Assembly (NCBI GenBank): GCA_963788755.1
Contig: CAWBHQ010000023.1
Location: 1,897-65,896, forward strand
Direction: 5' to 3'
From: an uncultured Nitrososphaerales archaeon
Lineage (GTDB): Archaea > Thermoproteota > Nitrososphaeria > Nitrososphaerales > Nitrososphaeraceae
Length of the DNA stretch: 64,000 nucleotides
Shown here one piece after another: positions 9,983 through 20,041 of this stretch (position 1 is the first letter of the stretch; the number at the start of each line of letters is the position of its first letter). Below the pieces are notes generated by a model, which saw nothing but the letters and a program-made list of their open reading frames with translations, made no database searches and was not told where the DNA came from. Both the position numbers and the translations under genes were made by a program.

Positions 9983-11428
9983 ATGTCTGCTGTTAACAGA
10001 GATTACGACATCATAATTGCAGGCGGAGGCTTGTCGGGCATGATTGCTGCATGCTCAGCTGCTCATTACTCGTCTCAAGCACTAAGAATCTTAGTGGTGG
10101 ACAGAAATGATTTAGAATCATTAGGTAGAAAGACACTGACAGGTTGGATTTGTGGTGACGCAGTTGGCAAGAAACCCGTCGATTACATGAATAGTAGAAT
10201 AAATATTAACTGGCAGTATCCTGAAATCGAACATCCGGTAAAAGGCGTTGTTGCTTATTCTCCCGATCATGAAACGAAAATTTCATTTGATGGAGAGGGA
10301 TATATTTTGAATAGAAAGCTCCTGCCACAAAGGCAAGCTAGTGACGCCATTTCAAGGGGTGTTGACCTTAAAGGGAACATTGTTCTAAGAGGCCTTATTA
10401 CCGATGGAAATATGGTAGTAGGAGTTGAAGGCGACGATTTGAAGGAGAAAACATTGTTCAGGAAAACATCTTCATTGGTCATTGATTGCACAGGAGTAAC
10501 TTCTGTCTTGAGAACTAACCTTGCGATTAAATCATACATTCAGAGAAAGATACTAAGAGACGACTTAGAGGCAACTGGGAGATACATATGCACCTTTGAT
10601 GTTGGTATTAACGACAAAACATATTTTGACCCAGAATATTGTATAATACATTTAGACCAAGATATTGCTCCTGGTGGATACGCCTGGGTATTCCCGAAAG
10701 GTGATTTGAAGGCAAATATTGGATTAGGCGTCCAACAAAAAGCATTAGATCAGATGAATAAGAAAAGCGGCAAAATCGTCAACCTCAAGAATTTAATAGA
10801 CAATTACTTGAATTCAAATCCCGCCGTTCAGAACCCTAGACTATCAGATGAGACTCAAGATAGCGGAAATTCATGGGGGACCTGGCAGGTCTCAGTTCGT
10901 AGACAGAATGATTGCATGGTGGCTAACGGGTATATGCTCGTCGGAGACTCGGCTTGGATGCCAAAGCCCTTAGATGCTGGGGGGATTGGTCCGGCTATAA
11001 TCGCAGCTACGCTTGCAGGAAAACATGCAGTGAATGGAATTCAGCAAGGAGATGTTTCTGAGGCAGGTCTATGGAGTTATAACAAGGAGTTTATAGTTGA
11101 ATATGGCTACAAGACGGCTGGTCTTGAAGTGTTTAGACGCATGCTGCAAGGACTTTCCAATGAGCAGATTAATTATGGGATGAAGCATTTTATCTCAAAA
11201 TTCGATGTAGAGAAAATAACTAATGGCGAACATCCAGAGTTTGGCCTTGTCGGCAAGATGGGACTCGTATTTGCAAGCGTAATGAACCAAAAGCTGGCGG
11301 CTTCTTTGAAGCGAACTGCAGAGGTGAATGCTTTACTCGTCAAACATTACGATGATTACCCTATTGCACCTGATGGGTTTACCGAATGGCAAAATGGCCT
11401 GATGGATATTATGGGAAATCCTCTATGA
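9983..11428 (+). CDS. Geranylgeranyl reductase family FAD oxidoreductase (DGGGPL reductase)
   Basis: IAGGGLSG, CGDAV, PGGYAWVFPKG, VGDSA...PLDAGGI. Confidence 0.88.
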   Translation: MSAVNRDYDIIIAGGGLSGMIAACSAAHYSSQALRILVVDRNDLESLGRKTLTGWICGDAVGKKPVDYMNSRININWQYPEIEHPVKGVVAYSPDHETKISFDGEGYILNRKLLPQRQASDAISRGVDLKGNIVLRGLITDGNMVVGVEGDDLKEKTLFRKTSSLVIDCTGVTSVLRTNLAIKSYIQRKILRDDLEATGRYICTFDVGINDKTYFDPEYCIIHLDQDIAPGGYAWVFPKGDLKANIGLGVQQKALDQMNKKSGKIVNLKNLIDNYLNSNPAVQNPRLSDETQDSGNSWGTWQVSVRRQNDCMVANGYMLVGDSAWMPKPLDAGGIGPAIIAATLAGKHAVNGIQQGDVSEAGLWSYNKEFIVEYGYKTAGLEVFRRMLQGLSNEQINYGMKHFISKFDVEKITNGEHPEFGLVGKMGLVFASVMNQKLAASLKRTAEVNALLVKHYDDYPIAPDGFTEWQNGLMDIMGNPL

Positions 11429-11492
11429 CAATTTAATGGGTATTCGATTTGCGGATAAGGCAATCAGTAGGCCAGAAAGCATAATCTTGGCA

Positions 11493-12125
11493 TTAACTGC
11501 CTAATTGCCTCTCCAAAATATCCATTCTCTTGATAAGCAAATTCCTATTGGATTCCTCTGTGAGCGTTGATCTGACATTTTCAATTAGTAATTTTGCTAC
11601 ATCCAACTTCCGCTTAATGCCGGGGACGATGTTGTCATATACTGCAAAGGGATAAATTGAACTGTAGAGATCTTCCATCAAAGCGAACAAATTCAAAGCG
11701 TCAGGCGTCCGTTCAGTTCGTAAATTATCATAAATCATTCTCTTTATCTCACCAATCGAGTCCAAAAGACCGAGAAGGTACGAGGAAGTTGCAACATTCA
11801 GATCATCCATCCCAGCAAGACTTGTCTTTTCATATACGCATTTGAGCTGGTATGCTTCGACAAACTCCTGCTCAGCATTGATAAGATACCTTTCAAGGTC
11901 GTCGCGAATGTGCGTTCTGAGAGAACCTAATTCAGTTTGAGCCTCTTCAAGGAGTTTGGCAGCATCCTCCAACCGCCCTCTATGCAATGCCATAATGGAT
12001 TTACTGCATTTCATGATAACCCCCCTTGTTCCTTTAATTAACACCTCCCGTCTATGCTCGACATCATCTAACTGTGATGAGATTTTCTTTAATGTATCCT
12101 TCACATTTTCTGCTGCCACAGCCAT
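11493..12125 (-). CDS. Translin-family RNA-binding protein
   Basis: RREVLIK..R, QEFVEA, SYLLGLLDSIGEIKR, KRKLDVAK. Confidence 0.85.
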   Translation of the reverse strand: MAVAAENVKDTLKKISSQLDDVEHRREVLIKGTRGVIMKCSKSIMALHRGRLEDAAKLLEEAQTELGSLRTHIRDDLERYLINAEQEFVEAYQLKCVYEKTSLAGMDDLNVATSSYLLGLLDSIGEIKRMIYDNLRTERTPDALNLFALMEDLYSSIYPFAVYDNIVPGIKRKLDVAKLLIENVRSTLTEESNRNLLIKRMDILERQLGS

Positions 12126-12207
12126 TATTTTGTAGCATTAGGATAAACGGTCTAATAACCTCTTATGCGCTAAAGCAAATAATGGGGAACATTTTACTAA
12201 TCCATGT

Positions 12208-12498
12208 ATGAGCGCACGTAAAAAAGAGGAGAATGAGAGAGTGAACACTGAAAAATTGACAAAGACCATCTCGACTTTGGATGCAATAGTCAAAAATAGA
12301 GATATTCAAAGAAATACTAGAAATCTGGTAAAAGATGTCTTGGCAACTTTGAAAGATGAGAAATCTGGTACTATTACAGTAAGGGCAGCTAATGCCGTAA
12401 GTATGCTTGATGGACTGACTCAAAATAGACAGATGGAATCTCACATTCGGACAATGCTCTGGCAAGTAGTTTCAACCCTTGAAAGTATCAGGGAATAG
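12208..12498 (+). CDS. UPF0147 family protein
   Basis: VRAANAVSMLD...QMESHIRTMLWQVVSTLESIRE. Confidence 0.85.
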   Translation: MSARKKEENERVNTEKLTKTISTLDAIVKNRDIQRNTRNLVKDVLATLKDEKSGTITVRAANAVSMLDGLTQNRQMESHIRTMLWQVVSTLESIRE

Positions 12499-12607
12499 GG
12501 CAATGGGAAGATTCTGGGTTCGCACTGAATACATGCATTTTGGCTCATCTCAAATAGGCGAATGAGTTAAATGGTAGAATAGTGAGAGCTCACTAAGGTC
12601 CAATAAT

Positions 12608-13495
12608 GTGGCTGTTAGAGAGTACCTGGAAGTATCTAAGCCCAGGATTGTAGTGGTTCTTGTCATTACGGCAATAACCTCTATGCTGGCGGCGAGTAGA
12701 TTCGATAATACTCCCGAGGTGGGTTGGGATATCTCAATGTGGAACCTCCTTTTCTTGATTATAGCTGGGACCTTGGCATCAATGGGCTCGAGTGCTCTAA
12801 ATCACTATTACGACAGAGATATTGACAAGATCATGCAGAGAACATCTAAACGACCCATTCCTTCAGGAAAGTTACTCCCCCAGAACGTGTTATTATACGG
12901 GCTTCTTCTCAGTGCAGTTTCGGTTTTTCTTGCAGTATTGACATTAAATTTGGTGACAGCATCCATGATCGCCCTGGGGATATTCATCTATGTAGTAGTA
13001 TATACAATTTGGCTCAAAAGGAATAATCCATCCAACATCGTAATTGGCGGTTTTGCCGGAAGCGCTGCTTCTATGGCAGGGTGGTCTGCTGCAACAGGTT
13101 CTATAGATCTGCTTGGATTTTTGGTAGGACTATTGGTATTCTTATGGACTCCTGCCCATTTTTGGTGTTTGGCTATCAAGGCTCGGGAAGAGTATGTTAC
13201 AGTAAACGTCCCGATGCTGCCTGTGTTAGTTGGAAATCAAAAGACTGCGACCTATATTTTTTACAATACGGCACTGCTACTCCCTTATTCATTAGCTCTC
13301 TATTTCTTTGGGCTAGGAGTATTGTATACAGTTATAGCAGCTATCGCTGGTTCATTGATGTTAGTTTACCATTATAAATTAGCGAAAGAGCCAACTCCGG
13401 AATTTGCATGGAAGGCCTACAAGGTTACCGCGCCTTACTTGGTTGTTATATTTGTCGGCATCGCATTGGACGCCTTATTTTATACAAGGTTCTGA
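12608..13495 (+). CDS. ctaB: Protoheme IX farnesyltransferase (heme O synthase)
   Basis: KPRIV, NHYYDRDIDKIMQRTSKRPIPSG, YTIWLKR, NIVIGG, WTPAHFW; multiple TM helices. Confidence 0.95.
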   Translation: MAVREYLEVSKPRIVVVLVITAITSMLAASRFDNTPEVGWDISMWNLLFLIIAGTLASMGSSALNHYYDRDIDKIMQRTSKRPIPSGKLLPQNVLLYGLLLSAVSVFLAVLTLNLVTASMIALGIFIYVVVYTIWLKRNNPSNIVIGGFAGSAASMAGWSAATGSIDLLGFLVGLLVFLWTPAHFWCLAIKAREEYVTVNVPMLPVLVGNQKTATYIFYNTALLLPYSLALYFFGLGVLYTVIAAIAGSLMLVYHYKLAKEPTPEFAWKAYKVTAPYLVVIFVGIALDALFYTRF

Positions 13496-13827
13496 TTCAT
13501 ATAACTCGCATCTGAAAATTTCGAATTTGGCAGGAGTTTCTATTTCAAGTCCTTGCTTGCACCGTCACCTTCAGCATCTTGCTTGAAATTCGTCACGCGA
13601 GTCTTCTTGGTCATTCTCTCCAATGTAGTAGTTGATGGGTATGTTTCTGGTCCCCTTATAGACTCAAAAAATCTATTCTACTGAGGAGATATTGAAAAAG
13701 CAACCAGAAAATCTATGATGTTTCAACCTAGGTACGGCCCCAGCATTGATCTCGTAATTGCTTCGATTGTAACTGAACGGCTCACATGAATTATGACTTG
13801 ATACAACACAGATACCCAGTGCAATAT

Positions 13828-14109
13828 TTACTTTATCTGCACTGATCTTCTGCTCATAGTCACAACCTCAAACTGTCCAACGCCGCCTGTTCTCCTAAGA
13901 AAATCCTCAAGTTTATCCATCTGACCCTCACTATCTTCTAAGATGAAATCAGTCAATAGCGAGTATAATCCAAAAGCAACCGGCTCTTTGGAAACGGCAT
14001 TCAATTCCATCCCTGACGGAATTGCTTCTGAGAGTGACTTTGAAACCTCGTCCAGATTTGTTTCTGCATCAGATGGCAGAATTTTGACTCGGACAACTAG
14101 TTTTGACAT
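13828..14109 (-). CDS. ef1b: Translation elongation factor 1-beta
   Basis: KILPSD, EPVAFGL, 93 aa; follows the DUF1610 zinc finger, a common archaeal pairing. Confidence 0.93.
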   Translation of the reverse strand: MSKLVVRVKILPSDAETNLDEVSKSLSEAIPSGMELNAVSKEPVAFGLYSLLTDFILEDSEGQMDKLEDFLRRTGGVGQFEVVTMSRRSVQIK

Positions 14110-14115
14110 TTCTAA

Positions 14116-14295
14116 TTAAGGTCCTTCAAATCCACATCCTATGCACTTAAAGATCCTAGCGAATTCTCTACAGCTTTCACATCTCCAAACTAGTACATAA
14201 CCACAACTGGGACAATAAAATTTAACGCATTCATCGTTTGGCATTATAGGACGACCACATGACGTACATACGGGCAGTTGTAACGAAGTTGGCAT
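14116..14295 (-). CDS. DUF1610 / HVO_2753-like double zinc-ribbon protein (59 aa)
   Basis: Manual translation MPTSLQLPVCTSCGRPIMPNDECVKFYCPSCGYVLVWRCESCREFARIFKCIGCGFEGP*: four CxxC, ends GFEGP. Below the ORF-track cutoff. Confidence 0.92.
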   Translation of the reverse strand: MPTSLQLPVCTSCGRPIMPNDECVKFYCPSCGYVLVWRCESCREFARIFKCIGCGFEGP

Positions 14296-14338
14296 TGATA
14301 TCTTTTAGTATGGTTTCACCACGGGATTTATATCTTGC

Positions 14339-15538
14339 TCACTTGCCTTTCCTTAATCTGCTTTCCAGGAGACCCTTAACTATCCTTGAGGTAGACTTTG
14401 CATCAAGAATTAATGAAAGGGGAGCCGAATGGAAGTCGAATTCCCCATCATGAGAGATTCGCGCTAAAGTTCGCTGGGATACCGTGGAAAATAGATCATC
14501 GATGGCCTTGTTATCCAAATGTTCGAATATCTTCCGAGCTACCATCAACTTTTTGAACTCGAACCCGAATATAGTGTGCCATTCTTTAGGATAGTTGTTA
14601 AGAAATGAGTCATCTGATTGTTCGATTGCCTTAACGATTGCTCGGCCAGCAAGCACCCCTCCCATTCCTGAACTTAGAATACCTCCAGCTGTTGTAGGTT
14701 TCGTTTGGCCAGCAGCATCCCCTACAATCAAGAACCTGTGTCCATCAGTAAAACGCCTTATCGGTCCCGAAACATAAATTGGGGCAAATATCTTTCTTAA
14801 TATAGAATATGTAGAGCCTTTTGATTCAAGAAATGATCTAATGGAATTTACTATGTTGATGTCTCTACCTGCTACGCCTATTTTCGCCTTGTTATCTCCT
14901 ATTGGGATTACCCAAGCGAAAAAACCTGGATATTTGTCTGCATCGAAATACAGCTCCACAGTATCAGGATCTATCCATGGAGCAAACACTTCGTACTGTC
15001 CTGATGGTAGTATCCCAGTTCTTTGTTTTCTCATTAATGACGACAACCCCCTGGCATCCACAAAATACTTGCAATATACAGTCCCCTCCGTGGTGCTCAC
15101 CGCATAATCGTACTCATCTTCGACTTTTTGAGATTGCTGTACAACTAGTTTAGAACATGCTGAGACCGACCTCATAGAATTCATTGTTGTTATTTCAACA
15201 CCAAGTTTTTGGGCATGAAAAGCAATCTGCTTATCTAATTCCCTTCTATCGATAGCCACCACATCCTGAAGTTTCGCGTCGACTTCAAAGGACGAATATC
15301 TTGAACTTATTTTGGCTCGCGTAATATGATTTCTAAACGTTCTAGACGACGGGACTATTCCCAGGTTCCGCAATCCGCTAAGGCTCACTAATCCTCCGCA
15401 ATGTTCGGGAGTACCAATTTCATGGTCAGCTTCCAATACCTTGACCGAAATCGACGATTTTGAACCTATCTCTCGAGCAGTCAACAATCCGGAAAGACTA
15501 CCACCAGCAACAATCACATCGTACTTGGTTCGGTTCAT
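14339..15538 (-). CDS. Geranylgeranyl reductase family FAD oxidoreductase (second paralogue)
   Basis: VAGGSLSG, IGTPEHCGG, PGFFAWVIP, VGDAAGQTKPTTAGGI. Confidence 0.88.
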   Translation of the reverse strand: MNRTKYDVIVAGGSLSGLLTAREIGSKSSISVKVLEADHEIGTPEHCGGLVSLSGLRNLGIVPSSRTFRNHITRAKISSRYSSFEVDAKLQDVVAIDRRELDKQIAFHAQKLGVEITTMNSMRSVSACSKLVVQQSQKVEDEYDYAVSTTEGTVYCKYFVDARGLSSLMRKQRTGILPSGQYEVFAPWIDPDTVELYFDADKYPGFFAWVIPIGDNKAKIGVAGRDINIVNSIRSFLESKGSTYSILRKIFAPIYVSGPIRRFTDGHRFLIVGDAAGQTKPTTAGGILSSGMGGVLAGRAIVKAIEQSDDSFLNNYPKEWHTIFGFEFKKLMVARKIFEHLDNKAIDDLFSTVSQRTLARISHDGEFDFHSAPLSLILDAKSTSRIVKGLLESRLRKGK

Positions 15539-15598
15539 TACCTCGTATTGGAAATAAATAACTCGATTTATTAATTAAGTTAAGGTCGTACGAACCAA

Positions 15599-15953
15599 TT
15601 GGAATTCAAGCAGGTAATAGTAGTAAGAAAGGAGCTGCGAATGGGTATGGGGAAGTTAGCTGCCCAGGTTGGTCACGCTGCTGTGTCTGGCGCTGAACAT
15701 GTAATGACAAGTAATCCTTCATGGTTTATGAAATGGTTTAGTTCAGGTCAAGACTAAAATCGTTGTCAAAGTTCATTCTCTCGAGGATTTACACAGAATA
15801 AAGCGGAAGGCACAAGCTTCAGGTCTTCCTGTCGTTCAGGTACAGGATAGGGGGTTAACCCAAATCCCCGAAGGGACCATTACGTGTCTTGGAATTGGGC
15901 CCGCCCCATCCCCACTAATCGATCGAATAACTAAGGATTTGAAACTATTGTAG
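15599..15953 (+). CDS. pth2: Peptidyl-tRNA hydrolase Pth2, 117 aa, 1 frameshift
   Basis: Manual: MEFKQVIVVRKELRMGMGKLAAQVGHAA...GQ[remove A15753]AKIVVKV...DRGLTQIPEGTITCLGIGP...ITKDLKLL*. Not in the ORF track. Confidence 0.92.
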
Positions 15954-16111
15954 GAAACTGAACCGATTAAAGCCATCAAGTTGAGTCGAAAACGATCCTG
16001 GTGCAATTTATCATGGATCGTCCACTTTTTAGGCATGAGGATCCACACCTATAGAGTTCTACCACTTCTTTTTTGCCAGGTGGAGATTGAAACGCTCACA
16101 AATATTAGTAA

Positions 16112-16609
16112 CTACATATCAGCTAATTTTCTAATTCTGGTTATCCATGATGATTCATCTTCGTTCTTGATATTCCACCTGTTATTTGCAGGTAGATAGT
16201 TTCTCCCCCTACTTTGATCTAGGGTATTGTGTAGGTCGGTCCTCTCTGCTGTCTTAATTCCCCCTCGGTTTTTTTCTCTATCAGTAAAATCTCGCCTCTT
16301 GTTCTTTGAGTCCTCCAAATTGGGCGGAGCATCGATAGACGGTATACTAGGTATTTGCACTACATGGTCCTCGTTATCCTGAAAAGTGCTTGGATCAGCT
16401 TGACTAATGCTAATTTGATGATTAAATCTTTGCTCTGAACGATTCATACTAGAATCTGAAAAGCCTTCCTTGAGTAATTCCATCTTCCCTGCCAATTGAC
16501 CCTTTCCAAATTCAGAGAAACCATGTTCCTGAAGGAATGGCATGTATTTCATTATTATACTAAAGTCCGCGAGTTTCATGTTCACTTCTTCTGATTTAAA
16601 AAGGCTCAT
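16112..16609 (-). CDS. Hypothetical protein
   Basis: 165-aa hydrophilic ORF with ATG start; no recognisable motif. Confidence 0.5.
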   Translation of the reverse strand: MSLFKSEEVNMKLADFSIIMKYMPFLQEHGFSEFGKGQLAGKMELLKEGFSDSSMNRSEQRFNHQISISQADPSTFQDNEDHVVQIPSIPSIDAPPNLEDSKNKRRDFTDREKNRGGIKTAERTDLHNTLDQSRGRNYLPANNRWNIKNEDESSWITRIRKLADM

Positions 16610-16990
16610 TAAGCCATGAATTCATCCATCAACATAAATATCCAAAAGTTCATTGTAGTTGCTTAGCAGCAGCAATTAAGCTGATCACGTCTCTAAATAC
16701 TCGAATCAAAAATTAAAAGGGTCTGGAGTTTAGAGTATTCTCGTCGTGACTTAGACTTGACCTTGTGATCGAAATTACTAGTATTGAATTAACTTAACTA
16801 TAAGCGGTAGATTCAACCTCAAGAATGTACCCTCCGTATCAGAAATAAATGATCGAGGCTCACAAATTGACGAACTAACTTGACAACTGGCTTTTCGTGA
16901 GGGGATGACCTTGAGACACAATACATACGGGCCTAACTGACAGCTTCGATGGATTTATTAACATGCTACCATCGTAGTCAATAGAGATCC

Positions 16991-18389
16991 ATGTCTCAGC
17001 TTTCGAATCGACAAGGACTCTCTAGGAGAGATCAAGGTCCCCTTTGAAGCATATTATGGCCCTTTTACTGTAAGGGCAAGCAATCAGTACAATATTTCAG
17101 GGCTAAAATCACACCCAGACCTAATCAGAGCATACATTATGATCAAAAAGTGCGCGGCTTTGTCCAATCGCGAATTGGGAGCTCTCCCGGAGGTAATTTC
17201 CAACGCAATCGTAAAGGCTTGCGATAAATTACTTTCAGGCGAGTTCATTGATCAAATCATCATCGAGCCAATTAATTCAGGTGCTGGAACAGCACTTAAC
17301 ATGAATATTAATGAGGTAATCGCAAATGTTGCGCTAGAAGCAATTGGCGAGAAGAGAGGGAAGTATGAGATAATCAACCCAAACGATCATGTAAACATGT
17401 CCCAATCAAGTAACGATACATTCCCCACTGCAATGCATCTGTCGATATTACTTGGTCTAAACAACTTCTTGCAGGCCATTGATCTGTTGGTAAAGTCTCT
17501 AAAAAACAAGAGTGTAGAATTTAAAGACATTATGAAAATTGGGAGAACCCACTTGATGGATGCACTTCCAATCACACTAGGGGACGAATTTAGCGGATAT
17601 TATTCTGCAATTGAAACCGCAAAACAGAAAATAGTGCAGGCATCAGAGAACCTGTATGCTGTTGCCTTAGGAGGTACGGCCGTGGGAAGTGGAGCTAATT
17701 CGCCAGCTGGATACCGGGAAGTTTCAATTCGCCATCTTAGAGAAATATCACGGCTAAACATGATATCATCTGAAAACCTATACTTTGCACTTCAGAGTCG
17801 ATTTGACGCCACGTCTTATTCTTCGACAATCAGAAACCTCGCAGTAGAATTAATCAAGCTAGCGAATGATGTCAGGCTTATGGCGTCTGGACCTACCGCG
17901 GGTTTCGCTGAAATAGTCATCCCAGCAGTGCATGCAGGTTCTTCAATTATGCCAGGTAAGATTAATCCATCTTTGGCCGAATGTCTTAATATGATTTGCT
18001 TTAACATTATTGGAAATGATTTGGCGGTGACGATGGCTTCACAAGCAGGTCAGTTTGAGTTGAATGTTATGCTTCCAGGGATGTTAAAATGGGTTTTAGA
18101 TTCAATGGATATGCTTAGGAAATTTCTACCAGTATTCACAGCCAATTTAATCGATGGGATTCAACCAAATGTAGATAAGCTTTCTAAGTATGTATATAGT
18201 AGCCCTGTACTCGTGACTGTTCTGAATCCCTACATAGGCTATGTAAAGGCGTCCGAAATTTACAAGAAAGCGTTGGAAACAAACAGGAATGTGAAGGACA
18301 TAGTAATAGAAGAAGGTCTAATGAAGGCTGAAGATGTAGAAAGGGTTTTCTCACGGTCAAATCTGATTGGAAAAAGAGAGCAAATATAG
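16991..18389 (+). CDS. fumC: Class II fumarate hydratase / aspartate ammonia-lyase family, ~465 aa
   Basis: GSSIMPGKINP signature, NMSQSSNDTFPT, GRTHLMDA. Removing C16997 links ATG16991 to FRIDKDSLGEIKVPFEAYYG. FumC versus AspA specificity is not certain. Confidence 0.85.
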
Positions 18390-18439
18390 GAAAAACAAAG
18401 CTGATGGGGATGGCATGAGTTAAGAGATGCATCCGAATT

Positions 18440-18712
18440 TCATCTCGAAGTTATCGTATTTGTTATTTCTACCACTTCATTAAGCCCATTATAAATTTGC
18501 AAAAATTTCTTCCCCTTAGCTGTAATCTTGTATTTTCTCTGATTATCTAAAAACTCGATCAAACCGTTTACCAACAAAAGGGTTAGGTAGTCTTTAAGAT
18601 GGTGATATGACAAATATGACCTGTACATTATCTTTTTTTGTGATGCACCACTTTCATCCGACGAGTTCTGGAGAATTAGTGCAATGATTTCTAATCTATT
18701 CCTATGCTTCAT
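18440..18712 (-). CDS. Small winged-helix DNA-binding protein
   Basis: MKHRNRLEIIALIL...KKIMYRSYLSYHHLKDYL...GLI...YKITAKGKKFL; likely start 18712. Confidence 0.85.
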   Translation of the reverse strand: MKHRNRLEIIALILQNSSDESGASQKKIMYRSYLSYHHLKDYLTLLLVNGLIEFLDNQRKYKITAKGKKFLQIYNGLNEVVEITNTITSR

Positions 18713-19074
18713 CAATTGGCGTACGCCATCACCTAGGTTAAAAGGGGCGCGACTGAGTATTATGGTATTCTTTTTTTTTAGATTAATGTAAATGTTTTCT
18801 TCTGCCGATTCTAACGAATAAAGGTTTGATATCATGGTACTGGTATAAACGCTTGACGGATAATGTTTAACATCTTGCAGGCCTCTCATAAAGGCGTATT
18901 GTCATTAGTTCATGAATTGATAATTCAGATGATCGATAGACTGTCCTTTTGCAAATTCGACCAATCAATGCATGGCGATATGTTATTGCAACGGAGCATT
19001 TCATCTCACTGTCGTTTCGCCTTGAGTAGTTTGAGCTAGTTTAGTTTTATTAACCAAGCGAATCTATTACAATT

Positions 19075-19584
19075 ATGGGCGGGAAACTAAATGACATTCG
19101 AGAGACTTCTTCGAATGCGATACAAATAATTCGAGACCTCAAAAATCCCGAAGTACATGAATCATTAAATAGGGTGAAGGATATCGCTGCTACAGTTAAA
19201 GAGATAGTTGAGTCCTTCAAGGATCCTTCTATGGTCAAAAATATTGAAAATTTCAGGCTAACTTTGGAATCGATTGAAAAAATTTCTTCGAAAATAGATA
19301 GCATTAGGAGTGACACTCAGAATTCAGGGCTAATGGATGAAATTTCGAGCACTATAAGAGCATCCAGACTTGCACTTGATACTCTTAACAGCGAGGGAGG
19401 TACCAAGGAATTAGTTAGCGCATCAAAAAATTTGATTTCAGAAATTAGTTCGATGGTAGTGGAAGTAAAGCAGCTTTTGCACAGCATCGGAAGTACGGAT
19501 GGGGCTCAGGATATTGCAGGAATAGTAGGAAATGTCAAAGATATTCGTAATTATGCAAAATCCGTTCGCGAGGATTTTAAATAA
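19075..19584 (+). CDS. Hypothetical amphipathic alpha-helical protein
   Basis: 169-aa ORF with strong helical periodicity and internal similarity (LKNPEV / FKDPSM). Confidence 0.7.
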   Translation: MGGKLNDIRETSSNAIQIIRDLKNPEVHESLNRVKDIAATVKEIVESFKDPSMVKNIENFRLTLESIEKISSKIDSIRSDTQNSGLMDEISSTIRASRLALDTLNSEGGTKELVSASKNLISEISSMVVEVKQLLHSIGSTDGAQDIAGIVGNVKDIRNYAKSVREDFK

Positions 19585-19666
19585 CAATATCAATTCATCT
19601 TGTGGGCATTCAGACATCCTATATGGTATTGCTATTGAACCTAAAAATGGACCTAACTTCAATCCC

Positions 19667-20041
19667 CTACGTTTCATTGAACGCGATGACAAGGCGATTC
19701 AATAACGACTCAAGACCTATGTATTTCGTCAGAATTAGAGAAATCTCTGGCAGAGGATTTTTCCCCTTAAACCCTTCATCGAACTTAAGTTCCATTTCCC
19801 CTCTGCTTGATTTTAGGTAAACTGTTATTAGTGAATAAATTCCCTTCTTCTGATCTAAACTTTCCAGATATTGCCTGAGTTCAACTCTATCAATGGTTAT
19901 GTCGTCAACTGATAATGAATTGCCTTCGAACAGGACTGCTTTGTCTATTGGCACATTCGAAATTCTAATCCTTTCAACATCGGTCTTGATAACCAGACCA
20001 ATCACTGATACTCCAAGAATCTTATCCATTCCGGAAACCAT
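19667..20041 (-). CDS. Hypothetical protein, coupled to the PurF-like gene
   Basis: 124-aa ORF overlapping the 3' end of the PurF-like gene; likely start MDKILG. Confidence 0.65.
   Translation of the reverse strand: MVSGMDKILGVSVIGLVIKTDVERIRISNVPIDKAVLFEGNSLSVDDITIDRVELRQYLESLDQKKGIYSLITVYLKSSRGEMELKFDEGFKGKNPLPEISLILTKYIGLESLLNRLVIAFNET

Noticed and set aside
13540-13623. 27-codon minus-strand ORF (MERMTKKTRVTNFKQDAEGDGASKDLK)
   Set aside because: Too short, with no motif to support it.
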